Below, piece after piece: positions 40,275 through 49,034 of a stretch of 64,000 bases of DNA (within the stretch, counting starts at the first letter, position 1; each line of letters opens with the position of its first letter). Made by a program: the position numbers and the translations under genes. Location: NCBI GenBank assembly GCA_965223005.1, contig CBDCVK010000010.1:1216001-1280000 (forward strand). Reading direction: 5' to 3'. This DNA is from Terriglobia bacterium. Its GTDB lineage: Bacteria; Acidobacteriota; Terriglobia; JAJPHL01; JAPKYU01. The notes beneath the pieces were generated by a model. The model was not told the DNA's origin and ran no database searches. It was given only the letters and a program-made list of their open reading frames with translations.

Positions 40275-40559
40275 TTAGTGCCTCTCTTCGTCAACGGAAA
40301 TCTTCAACGCCTTGAGGAACTTCGCGTCCTGGGTAGTGAAGCGCACTCGTCCCGTGGGATTCGTCACGCTCTTCAGCGGCTCTTTCTTGATGCTTTCCTT
40401 CCGGCGGTTAAATCCGATCGTAGCTTCCAGCACCAGAAAGACGTCGTAGCCGGCGTGCTTGATGTTGCCGATGACTTCGGCAATCCGCTCGGATTCCGAC
40501 AGCGATTCGTTGATCGCGTCGCCCAGCTCCTTTATCAGTTGCTTTAGCTGCTCGTCCAA
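40275..40559 (-). CDS. Conserved hypothetical protein
   Basis: TTG start with AAGGA RBS; ELGDAINESLS..LEATIGF..FLKALKIS. Confidence 0.7.
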   Translation of the reverse strand: MDEQLKQLIKELGDAINESLSESERIAEVIGNIKHAGYDVFLVLEATIGFNRRKESIKKEPLKSVTNPTGRVRFTTQDAKFLKALKISVDEERH

Positions 40560-40944
40560 GTTGACAATCCTTCTCTCGGTAGTATTGTCCCCTTGCGGTC
40601 TCGCGTACCCGCCTCAGCTTCTCCCGTGCACCTTCTGCGATAGTAACCTTGAGGTGCAATCCTGTCAACGAGAACCAGGAGAATTTGGGGCAGGTGGGTG
40701 AGCGCCCTGCGTGGAAGGCGCGTCTTCTTGTTTGGACGTGCGACACGCGGCTCTGGGTGCGTGTCCCGGTCCAACGGCCGGCGGATGTGCTCCATCGCTT
40801 GCCAGACGGCTTCTATGCCTTATACAATTGAGCCTTATACAATAGGGCCCGATACGATTTGGAGTAGTCTGTGTGCAGACTCTTCGCGCTCGCCGGCCGC
40901 GCGGTGTGGCGAGGCGAGTTTCACTTTTTGGAGCGACTCGAGGC

Positions 40945-42858
40945 ATGTTCCAGTTTTTTCGACGCAGAGACACATGGGTGCGGGTCTTCTTAGCGGCGCT
41001 ACTGCTGCTGGTCTGCATCATGCTGGTGGTGACTTTGATTCCCGGGATCGGGAGCGAGACTTCCGATGAGCTGGTAGTGGCCAGGATCGGCGGCGAGAAG
41101 GTTACCGGCACAGATTTGCTTCGCCAGCTCGAGCAGGTCACGAGGGGCAACCGGCTGCCCTCTGACCTACTCCCCCTGTATGCGCCACAGATCTTGGAGC
41201 GGCTGGTAACGGAGAAAGCGATTCTACAGGAAGCGCGGCGGCTGGGCCTGGCGGTCTCTACTGAGGAGCTGCTTGGCCAGGCGCGACTGAACCCCCAGCT
41301 TTTCCCCGATGGGAAATTCATTGGCCGCGACGTCGTTGAGACCCAGTACAGGATGAGCTTGGAGCGCTTTCAGGAGAGATTGCGCGACTCCTTGCTGGAG
41401 CTAAAGCTGCGCCACGTCGTTACCGCCGGCGTCACGGTGAGCGACCGGGAGGTAGCCCACGAGTTCCACCGCCGTAATGACAAGCTGCGCATCGAGTACG
41501 CGCTGCTCAAGACAGCTGATGTGAAAAGCACGCTGCGCGTCACCGGAGCCGAAGTCGCTGAGTTCTTCAAAAAGAACTCGGGCCGCTACCAGGTGCCCGA
41601 GCGCCGGCAGTTCAAGCTGCTGTACTTGCAAACCGCCAGGGTCGAGGACACCGTTTCGATCAGCGAGCAGGAACTACTCCGCTATTACAAGCAGAATCGG
41701 GACCGCTACCGCGTCGAAAACCGGGTGCGGGCTAGCCACATCCTGCTGAAGACCGTGGGCAAAGAGCCGGACGAAGTCGAGGCAGTGCGCAAGCGCGCCG
41801 AGAAAATCCTGGACCGGTTGCGCAAGAAGGAAGATTTCGCAAAGCTTGCCAGGCAGTATTCCGACGACGCGGCCACCACACCCAAGGGAGGCGACCTGGG
41901 CTGGATCGTACGCGGCCAGACCGTACCTGAATTTGAGGAGGAGGCCTTTTCGCTGGAGCCGGGCGCTCTCAGCGGTGTCATAAAGACACAGTATGGCTTT
42001 CACATCGTGAAGGTGCAGGAACGCCAGCGAGCTCATCAGCAGACGATCGAGGAGGTCCGCGACGAAATCCTGCCGTTAGTCACCCAGGAGAAGGCGGCTC
42101 GCGCCGCTGAAGAGCGGGTGCAGAAGGCGCAGAGGGACCTCCGGGAAAATCCCGGTACCTTCCAGGCCGTGGCGGAGCAACTGGGCGTACCGGTGCTCGA
42201 GACGAACCTGTTGAAACGCGGCGAACCCCTGCCCAACATCGGCGTGTCGCCAGCGCTGGAGGACGCGTTGTACTCGGCGACCCTCCAGCCGAACAAGATG
42301 ACGCCCGTGGTTCCGGTTCGCGACGGCTTCGTGGTGGGTTTCCTGGTGCGCATCAACCCGGCGCATCCGGCCGAATTGGCAGAAGTCCGCGAGCGAGTGG
42401 AAAACGATCTGCGCCTTGAACAAGCTGCGCAGCAGGTGCTTTCCCGAATGCAGGATCTGGCCGAGCGGGCTCGCAAGCGAAAGAATCTGAAGAGGGCGGC
42501 AGCCTCCCGCAAACTTACCGTGAAGACCAGCGAGGCGTTCACCAGCCAAGATGGCCTGCCCGATTTGGGTGTCCCCGGTGGTCTGTGGGAAGCTGCGTCG
42601 TCTTTGAGCGTAGGGGAGATCGGCGGACCATTGGCGGTCGCCGACGGGCAGGTCGTCTTCCGCCTCCTGGAACAGCAGCCGGCCCCGGCCGAAGAACTGG
42701 CCAGCAGCAGCGATGCGTTGCGCCGAGAGCTGCTAGAGGCCAAGCGTAATCTGGCCTACCAGTTGTTCGCCGACCACTTGAAGGCGCGCCTGGAAGCCGA
42801 GGGAAAGCTGCGAGTGGATGAAGCGGCAATGAAGCGCCTGACCGCCTCGTTACCGTAG
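40945..42858 (+). CDS. PpiD/SurA-type parvulin peptidyl-prolyl isomerase
   Basis: N-terminal TM; ASHILLK, GGDLGW, PEFEEEAF, GFHIVK. Confidence 0.92.
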   Translation: MFQFFRRRDTWVRVFLAALLLLVCIMLVVTLIPGIGSETSDELVVARIGGEKVTGTDLLRQLEQVTRGNRLPSDLLPLYAPQILERLVTEKAILQEARRLGLAVSTEELLGQARLNPQLFPDGKFIGRDVVETQYRMSLERFQERLRDSLLELKLRHVVTAGVTVSDREVAHEFHRRNDKLRIEYALLKTADVKSTLRVTGAEVAEFFKKNSGRYQVPERRQFKLLYLQTARVEDTVSISEQELLRYYKQNRDRYRVENRVRASHILLKTVGKEPDEVEAVRKRAEKILDRLRKKEDFAKLARQYSDDAATTPKGGDLGWIVRGQTVPEFEEEAFSLEPGALSGVIKTQYGFHIVKVQERQRAHQQTIEEVRDEILPLVTQEKAARAAEERVQKAQRDLRENPGTFQAVAEQLGVPVLETNLLKRGEPLPNIGVSPALEDALYSATLQPNKMTPVVPVRDGFVVGFLVRINPAHPAELAEVRERVENDLRLEQAAQQVLSRMQDLAERARKRKNLKRAAASRKLTVKTSEAFTSQDGLPDLGVPGGLWEAASSLSVGEIGGPLAVADGQVVFRLLEQQPAPAEELASSSDALRRELLEAKRNLAYQLFADHLKARLEAEGKLRVDEAAMKRLTASLP

Positions 42859-42883
42859 CGGGACGCGCCTCCCGACGGGGATA

Positions 42884-43306
42884 CTAACGCCGCGGTGCGC
42901 GCTTCCTGCGCCCTTTGGTGCGGAGGCTGGCGGCAGGCTTCTTAAATCGCTTCCGCAGCAGTTCCTTCACCGTTTCCACCAACTCTTTGATCTCCCTTGG
43001 GCCTTTTTGCAACACCGCGTCAGCCTGGTCCACTTTTTCGTCCAGCGCTAGCCGCTCGGCATAACCGGAGTGCAAAATGATGGGGACTCGAGGATTCGCC
43101 TGGCGAATTCGGCGGATCACTTCGGCGCCGTTCATCTCCGGCATGATGTAGTCCACGATGACCAGGTCGATCTTTTCCGTCCGGAACTTTTCCAGGCCCT
43201 CTTTCCCGCTATGGGCCACCACCACCTGATAGCCGTGCTCCTCCAGTAGGGATTGCCGGGCAAAACAGCCGTGACGATTATCGTCGATGCAAAGGAGACG
43301 CGGCAT
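42884..43306 (-). CDS. Single-domain response regulator
   Basis: LCIDD, DLVIVDYIMPEMNG; basic tail. Confidence 0.92.
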   Translation of the reverse strand: MPRLLCIDDNRHGCFARQSLLEEHGYQVVVAHSGKEGLEKFRTEKIDLVIVDYIMPEMNGAEVIRRIRQANPRVPIILHSGYAERLALDEKVDQADAVLQKGPREIKELVETVKELLRKRFKKPAASLRTKGRRKRAPRR

Positions 43307-43472
43307 GAATAAGGGTTACGTTGTGAGGCAAACGGATGGTAACAGATGGGAAAAAGAGCTGTCAACCTGAGGAAACTGGAGTGCGGGTTGCGCCAGCCGT
43401 GTTTCGCCAGCGGAACGCGAACGGCGCGGCAGATGCACGCAGAGGTTGTGTTCCAGCGGCGCGGCGGGAGAT

Positions 43473-44323
43473 GCTAATCGACGATCATCTCACCTTTCGG
43501 GGCGATGTACCCGGCGCGAGCTTGAATCTTGTACTTTACTTCCTTGCCTTTCCGGTTCACCCTCTTCAGCTTTTGGCCGTTCTCATCCACCAGTTGGATC
43601 TTGAGCTTGCGGAATTTCCCGTCGCGTACCGGGTTACTGGAGGCGTAGCCCAGCGTGTACTGGTTGCGCATGTGGTGGGAGATGTTGGCGAAGATGTTGC
43701 GGAACTCCCCGTAGAAGCGCGGAAAAAACGCGCGGCCACCCGAATACTTGGCGAAGTAACGGAGGGCGACGGACGGCTGGTGAAACATGAAGCTGTCGCG
43801 CTAGCGAACCGGGAGAGAGGGTAATTCAGGTGCTCGAGTGGTCGGGCCGGATAAGTGTCAGCGGCGAGGCAGGCTGGGCAGGCGAAACCCGCACAGCGAC
43901 TCCGAAGAACAGCCAAAATGTGCCGCACTACCACCTCAAAGAGGCCAGAGCTGTTTGCGGTTGACACGACAGGGTACGAGGCATAGGTTTTCGGGTGAAG
44001 GGGAAGCTCAAAATGGAAATCCGGGCTAATCGACGATCATCTCACCTTTCGGGGCGATGTACCCGGCGCGAGCTTGAATCTTGTACTTTACTTCCTTGCC
44101 TTTCCGGTTCACCCTCTTCAGCTTTTGGCCGTTCTCATCCACCAGTTGGATCTTGAGCTTGCGGAATTTCCCGTCGCGTACCGGGTTACTGGAGGCGTAG
44201 CCCAGCGTGTACTGGTTGCGCATGTGGTGGGAGATGTTGGCGAAGATGTTGCGGAACTCCCCGTAGAAGCGCGGAAAAAACGCGCGGCCACCCGAATACT
44301 TGGCGAAGTAACGGAGGGCGACG
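43473..44323. repeat. Exact ~298-299 bp direct repeat (43473-43771 = 44025-44323) of the VWA gene 3' end
   Basis: No mismatch found by eye; translations identical on both strands; offset 552 bp. Confidence 0.95.
43474..43788 (-). pseudogene. Duplicated C-terminal fragment of the VWA protein (98 identical residues, possible new start MFHQPS)
   Basis: ORF matches the VWA C-terminus from VALRYF to the stop; no clear RBS. Confidence 0.6.
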
Positions 44324-45207
44324 TCGGCCTGCATGAAGGTCGCGTTGTCGATGGGGCTCGTGTAGCCGTAACTGTCCAGCAGGATGCGCATCGCTTGCAT
44401 TATCCCAACGGGATAGATGGGTACCTTGCTGGACCGCACCTTTTTCAGGGCGTCCTGGTAGGTGATCTTGCTGAAGGTGTCAACGCCGGTTGAGATCAGC
44501 ACGATCCCTTTCTTGCCAGGCACATCGTTCAGGCGAGTCAGCACCTCGTCCAGGGTGTCAAACAGGTTGGCTTCGCGGAAGCCGGGAAACCGCAGGCGCT
44601 TCATGGAGGCGTAGGCCGCCTGCTTGTTCTGTGTGAAGTCTTGGAGAATCTCGGGCTTCAGGTCGTAAGCCACCACCGCCACCCAGTCCTCGGGTCGCAG
44701 GGTGTTCAGGAAGCCGTAGGCGGCCGTCAGGGTCTCGTGCCAGGTTTGGGACCAGGTCCGCTGGAAAAGGTTGGTGAACTCGATCACCAAAACCACCGTC
44801 ATCGGCGCCTCCGTGTGCTCAAAAGTCTGGACTTGCTGCGGGACACCGTCCTCGAGGATGCGGAAGTTCTTCCTGTTCAGCCCGAGCAGGAAGCGCCCCT
44901 TGCGGTCTCGGACCAACACGTCCACCGTCACCAGGTCCACGTTGACGGCGATATTGAACGGCTGCTCGTCGGGCTTGGCAGCAGCAGCCGGCATGCGCCG
45001 CTTGCTCTTCAGGGGGGCGGGCCGTCGGGGCACCGCCACCGTTGCGCCTACCGGACGCTTGGGACCGCCAACCTTCACTGGGGACTTCTCCTCGGCAGGC
45101 TCCTGCGGAGGCGCCTCCGTCTGTGCCTGGAGCGCCCAGCCCCCAAGGAAAACGACCACCAAGATCAGGAGTGGAAAAAGACGCTTGCGCATAGAAGCCT
45201 CCGCCAT
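44026..45207 (-). CDS. Acidobacterial VWA-domain protein (TIGR03436-like)
   Basis: VDLVTVDVLV, F.ILEDGVPQ, KKGIVLISTGVD, QYTLGY, DGKFRKL; MIDAS degenerate. Confidence 0.9.
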   Translation of the reverse strand: MAEASMRKRLFPLLILVVVFLGGWALQAQTEAPPQEPAEEKSPVKVGGPKRPVGATVAVPRRPAPLKSKRRMPAAAAKPDEQPFNIAVNVDLVTVDVLVRDRKGRFLLGLNRKNFRILEDGVPQQVQTFEHTEAPMTVVLVIEFTNLFQRTWSQTWHETLTAAYGFLNTLRPEDWVAVVAYDLKPEILQDFTQNKQAAYASMKRLRFPGFREANLFDTLDEVLTRLNDVPGKKGIVLISTGVDTFSKITYQDALKKVRSSKVPIYPVGIMQAMRILLDSYGYTSPIDNATFMQADVALRYFAKYSGGRAFFPRFYGEFRNIFANISHHMRNQYTLGYASSNPVRDGKFRKLKIQLVDENGQKLKRVNRKGKEVKYKIQARAGYIAPKGEMIVD

Positions 45208-45492
45208 GGGTCGGACCATCCGAACTGCTACCTCTATCTATGATACCGCTTTTAGACGCTTGGTTGCAGCATCTGACCGTTAGCGTTAGCCCGTCAGGCC
45301 GAAGTTACAGCGTATCAGGTAGTTGGGGACAGCCAGAGAAGGGCACCTGCAACTCCGACCCATGACGAAGCCCGATAAATTCCGCTCTTATATCCTGCCG
45401 CGCCCGACACGAGGGGCGACTTGCACACTTCTCGGGTAAACGGATGACTTCTTTAGACTGAGGACTTGCGCGGTGCGGAAGGTACCTGGGCG

Positions 45493-46656
45493 CTAGCTTT
45501 TCGTAGCCGCGACCAATTCCTCGCGCAGGCTGAATTCCTTGTCGAGCTGTCCGAGTGTGTCCACAATGCCGGTATAGGCCAACTCGGCACGCGAGGCCAT
45601 GGTGGGACCGATAAACCCCTGGCGGCGCCACTCATCCGCTTTCTGCTGGACCTTCAGGCGAGTCGCCTCCCAGGCTGCGTTTCCGAACAGGTCTACGTAG
45701 TCGTCGGTAAACTTGCCCTCGGCGTCCATGGAGAAAGCCAGGCAGGAAACCAACGGCAGACAGAAGGGTCCGGAGACCGACTCGTTGATGGCCACAGGCA
45801 TCAGCGGCATGACGTGCGAGCCACGACAGTCGCCGGTGATGAAATGTCCCAAGGTGTACGGTTCGACGACCTCCTCGGGCGCGGGAAAGATCCCCTGGGT
45901 GCGGACAATGGCCACCGGATCGTCCTTGCCGGTGTATTTGCCGGCGATATTGTGCAATCGTGTGGCCGAGGCAGAGACAATTTGCTCCTCGGGCCGGTAG
46001 CGCGAGTGAACGGCCTCGATCGCGAACCGGTCCGGGTCTTGCAACAGGCAGGCGACGTCCCAAACTCGTTCCGGAACGTTGAGGGTAATGACGCGGTCCC
46101 TGTCTTTGCCCTTGTGATCCATGTCGATGATGGTAATCGCAAATCCTTGGCGTAATTTGGGACTGAGCAGCAGTCCTCCGTTATGCATGGGGTCGCAGAA
46201 GACAGTGTAGAGGGGGTAGTTATAAGCGCCCGGCCCACACTTATCGGCGGCGAGAACCACGAACGCCTCGGCGGGCCGATCCTTGCTCTTTGGATCCCGT
46301 ACAAACTCGATCTCTGCGACTGCCGGACCTGCTCCGCGGACGTTGCCTGAGGGCGCGTCCACCAGCAGATCTTGCCCCGCGCCGTAAAGGCCCGCGCTCT
46401 TGGCTGACTCGGTGGCCGTGAGGAAGGACTCCCAGGCGAAGCCATGAATTTCCTTGGCACCTACACCCCGGGTATGGCTCATGATGATGGCTAGATCGTC
46501 ACCGGTGTGCGTGAGCAGGCCGTCCAGCAAAAGCCCCTGCTGAACGCTGCTGCGCACCCGGGCTTGAACGACTTCCAGCATCTTGCTAGAAGGTCTGGTA
46601 TGTCCACCGATCGAGCCTACATCAGCCTTAATCACTGAGAGTGTAACTTTGGGCAT
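45493..46656 (-). CDS. Bifunctional fructose-1,6-bisphosphate aldolase/phosphatase (class V FBPase)
   Basis: SVIKADVGSIGGH, GDD, LYGAGQDLL.DA.SGNVRG.GP, YTGKDDP, RGSH; GGAGGA RBS. Confidence 0.93.
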   Translation of the reverse strand: MPKVTLSVIKADVGSIGGHTRPSSKMLEVVQARVRSSVQQGLLLDGLLTHTGDDLAIIMSHTRGVGAKEIHGFAWESFLTATESAKSAGLYGAGQDLLVDAPSGNVRGAGPAVAEIEFVRDPKSKDRPAEAFVVLAADKCGPGAYNYPLYTVFCDPMHNGGLLLSPKLRQGFAITIIDMDHKGKDRDRVITLNVPERVWDVACLLQDPDRFAIEAVHSRYRPEEQIVSASATRLHNIAGKYTGKDDPVAIVRTQGIFPAPEEVVEPYTLGHFITGDCRGSHVMPLMPVAINESVSGPFCLPLVSCLAFSMDAEGKFTDDYVDLFGNAAWEATRLKVQQKADEWRRQGFIGPTMASRAELAYTGIVDTLGQLDKEFSLREELVAATKS

Positions 46657-46981
46657 TCCTCCTCCATTGCGCCGTCCAAAAACCAAGCATATTAGCAGAT
46701 TCTCGCAGCCGCGCGCTACCCGGGACAGGGTCCAGCCGCGCCCCACTCGTAGCCGAGCCAAGAAGCTTTGGCCAACCGAATTCCTGGACTTGCTACCCCG
46801 TCGTGTGACGCTAGTTCAGCACTGCGGACAGGCTTGACGTCGCCGGCGACGGATGGTGAGTAAGTGTCAACTGCAGGGGAAAGGTGTTGCCGGCATGACG
46901 CGAGGCCCACAGAATGGCCCGTTTTGCTTGCTTGGGTGGCCTCCGACCCCTGCGGTCGACTGGCTGAGCCCCCTAGGAAAC

Positions 46982-47025
46982 AGACCCCCGAGGACTCGCC
47001 TCAGTGAGCAAGTCCTCGCGGGTCT
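46982..47025 (-). terminator. Strong hairpin downstream of 47055-47387
   Basis: agaccc..gaggact / agtcctc..gggtct stem; only a weak U-tract. Confidence 0.45.
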
Positions 47026-47054
47026 AGAAATGGCAATGCCTTCCCGCGGTCTTC

Positions 47055-47387
47055 CTAGAGCATTTTGACTTTGTCCACGGTCAACGTCTTATCTTTGTGC
47101 ACAGTCCCGGAAACCTCCACATGGTGCCCGGCGTGGGAAGTGACGGCGTCCTGGTTCTTGACCTGGTAGACGGTGCCGTCGTGGGAGACGAACACGGCCT
47201 TTTGCCCGCCTTTGATGCAATTCGCGGCGCAGCCGGCGTGATCGGCGCTGGCCCCGTGGTCATCCCTCGCTCCTGCACACTTCTCGTCGGCAATCCATCC
47301 TTTCCAACTACCCTTTTCGCCGGCAGCGGCGGGTAGGGCTGCCAACAGCACCAAAACCAAGCCCAAGGCAAACACTGTCTTTTTCAT
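47055..47387 (-). CDS. Small secreted Cys/His protein, related to 23515-23865
   Basis: Signal peptide; WKGWIADEKC..HAGCAANCIKGG; VEVSGT. Confidence 0.8.
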   Translation of the reverse strand: MKKTVFALGLVLVLLAALPAAAGEKGSWKGWIADEKCAGARDDHGASADHAGCAANCIKGGQKAVFVSHDGTVYQVKNQDAVTSHAGHHVEVSGTVHKDKTLTVDKVKML

Positions 47388-47477
47388 GAGAATGCTCCTG
47401 ATTCCTTAGTTTGTAGGCCCCGGCAGCCTACCACAACCGGTCGGTATCGTCCACCGCTATCCGCTGCAGGTAGTGTC

Positions 47478-47807
47478 CTAATTTGGCTGGAGTGCTCCTG
47501 AACTGGACAGAACACTTACGATCAGGTCGGCAATCTTTGAGAGAAGCCAGACCGCAGTACCGGCGAAGATCGTGCCGACAGCGCCAGCAGCGTAAATGAT
47601 GTGGCTTATGCGTTCAACCTTCCTCCCCTGGTCTTCTGATTGCTTCGTGAGGGTGGACACCGACTGGGTTAGGCCGCCGATGGCCTTTTGCATCTCCATA
47701 ATCGCTTGGAGTGTAAAACTGTAGTCGGACGAGGGAACTGGGGTAGGCGTACTCGGAAACCTAGATGGGGTTTCGTCGCGCTCCCGTGGATTGGATTCAA
47801 GCGCCAT
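47478..47807 (-). CDS. Passenger hypothetical protein (coiled coil + TM)
   Basis: Stop codon lies inside the left IR; starts 3 nt after the upstream passenger gene. Confidence 0.65.
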   Translation of the reverse strand: MALESNPRERDETPSRFPSTPTPVPSSDYSFTLQAIMEMQKAIGGLTQSVSTLTKQSEDQGRKVERISHIIYAAGAVGTIFAGTAVWLLSKIADLIVSVLSSSGALQPN

Positions 47808-47810
47808 GCT

Positions 47811-48095
47811 TTACTCTGCGACTTCTTCCTCGGATTCTGCGACCTCTCCCTCGGCCGCAATCCACTCCCAGAGCGACGCTTTATGATATCCAAAGTAACC
47901 GGCCACGTTCAAAACTACAGCGCGGCCTTTAGTGCCGCCTTGGATTTTCAGTTTAGCGGCAACCTGACGGGCGGTTCCTTTGGAGTAGATGAGCCATTGC
48001 CCAGATCCAAAGTGGAAGAATCGACCAGGGTAGATCCGCTCTATCGCAGACTCAAGCCCTTCTTCGGACTCCGCAATAACCGCGAATAGCTTCAT
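47811..48095 (-). CDS. Passenger hypothetical protein
   Basis: 94-aa ORF downstream of the transposase, ending GYFGY..LWEWI. Confidence 0.6.
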   Translation of the reverse strand: MKLFAVIAESEEGLESAIERIYPGRFFHFGSGQWLIYSKGTARQVAAKLKIQGGTKGRAVVLNVAGYFGYHKASLWEWIAAEGEVAESEEEVAE

Positions 48096-48133
48096 TGCAG
48101 CCCAAGAATACCACGCCTGAGCCGTGGTGTGAC

Positions 48134-48820
48134 TCAGTTCGGAATCAACGAAGCCAACTCCCACACATGGGTCACCAGACCAGCCTGCATTGCGGGAGTC
48201 ACCCTCAAACTCCGATGAACGCGTGCAAAGTTATACCACGCAAAGTGCAGGGCCAGGGCCGCTTTCAGGTTCTCCAGCTTCTTCGAGAACGCGTTCGTTA
48301 GCCGCGTAAACCGGCGCATCTGCATCCTCATGGTGAGATTCTGCCGCTCCACGAAGCTAGTACAGATGCTCTGCCGGTCAGGGGTTCCGAACATGACTTG
48401 GTGGAAGATGCCCACGATGCGACTTGGGTGATACGTGCCGGACTCAGACTCCGCCGCGCCGAAACTTTTGATTAGCATGGCGTAGTCTACGTCTGCGCCG
48501 AGGGCATCATCAATGGCACGAGCGTACGGGTCCAAAGCCACGAAGACAAACTGGCTTCCGAAGTCCCCATTTTCTTCGGGTCGGACGCGCTTCTGCTTCT
48601 TTCGGCAATAAGTCCAAATTTCATCAAGCTCCAAGCGGTTCACCATAAGGCCACGCATCCGCTCGTTTAGAATCGCTTGGCAATGCTGGCCAGTGGCTAC
48701 CAGTAGGCGCATGATGGTGTCCCGATGGACGCCAAACATCCGCTCAATGCTGCGGATGCTATTTCCCTCGACCAAAGCCGAGATAACGGCCAGCTTCTTT
48801 TGGATAGGCAGTACGTTCAT
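48134..48820 (-). pseudogene. IS1-family DDE transposase with apparent in-frame internal deletion
   Basis: LVEGNSIRS HTH, ELDEIW, TSFVERQNLTMR, RRFTRLTNAFSKK; the segment carrying the TDG catalytic Asp appears to be missing between ALDP and YARA. Confidence 0.75.
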
Positions 48821-48867
48821 TGTCAGGCTCCTTGACAGCGGCCCAGGAAAGCCCGACAATGTTGATT

Positions 48868-48944
48868 GGGTCTCGCATCGGGCTTCGTCCGCTGTGAGAT
48901 TGGCCCCGTTGGTAGTTACAGCTACCGGCGGGGCTTTTGCTTTT
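48868..48944 (+). ncRNA. Candidate two-hairpin small RNA antisense to the transposase leader
   Basis: TTGACA(48832)-17 nt-GACAAT(48855) promoter; two stems with + strand G.U pairs; U-tract. Confidence 0.55.
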
Positions 48945-48953
48945 CATGGGCCT

Positions 48954-49028
48954 ACATTACTCTCTCGCTTGCTGTTTGTCAAGCACAAAATAAATCCCTT
49001 GACAAACTAGAGGCGCATCCTGTATATT
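48954..49028. promoter_or_regulatory. Back-to-back sigma70-type promoters with a 10-bp inverted repeat
   Basis: Minus strand TTGACA-17-TAATGT; plus strand TTGACA-18-TATATT; gtttgtcaag (48974) / cttgacaaac (48998). Confidence 0.65.
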
Positions 49029-49034
49029 TGGGGC

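Noticed and set aside
43473-44323. Active diversity-generating retroelement
   Set aside because: The copies show no adenine-specific (or any) mismatches, and there is no reverse transcriptase or avd gene in the window.
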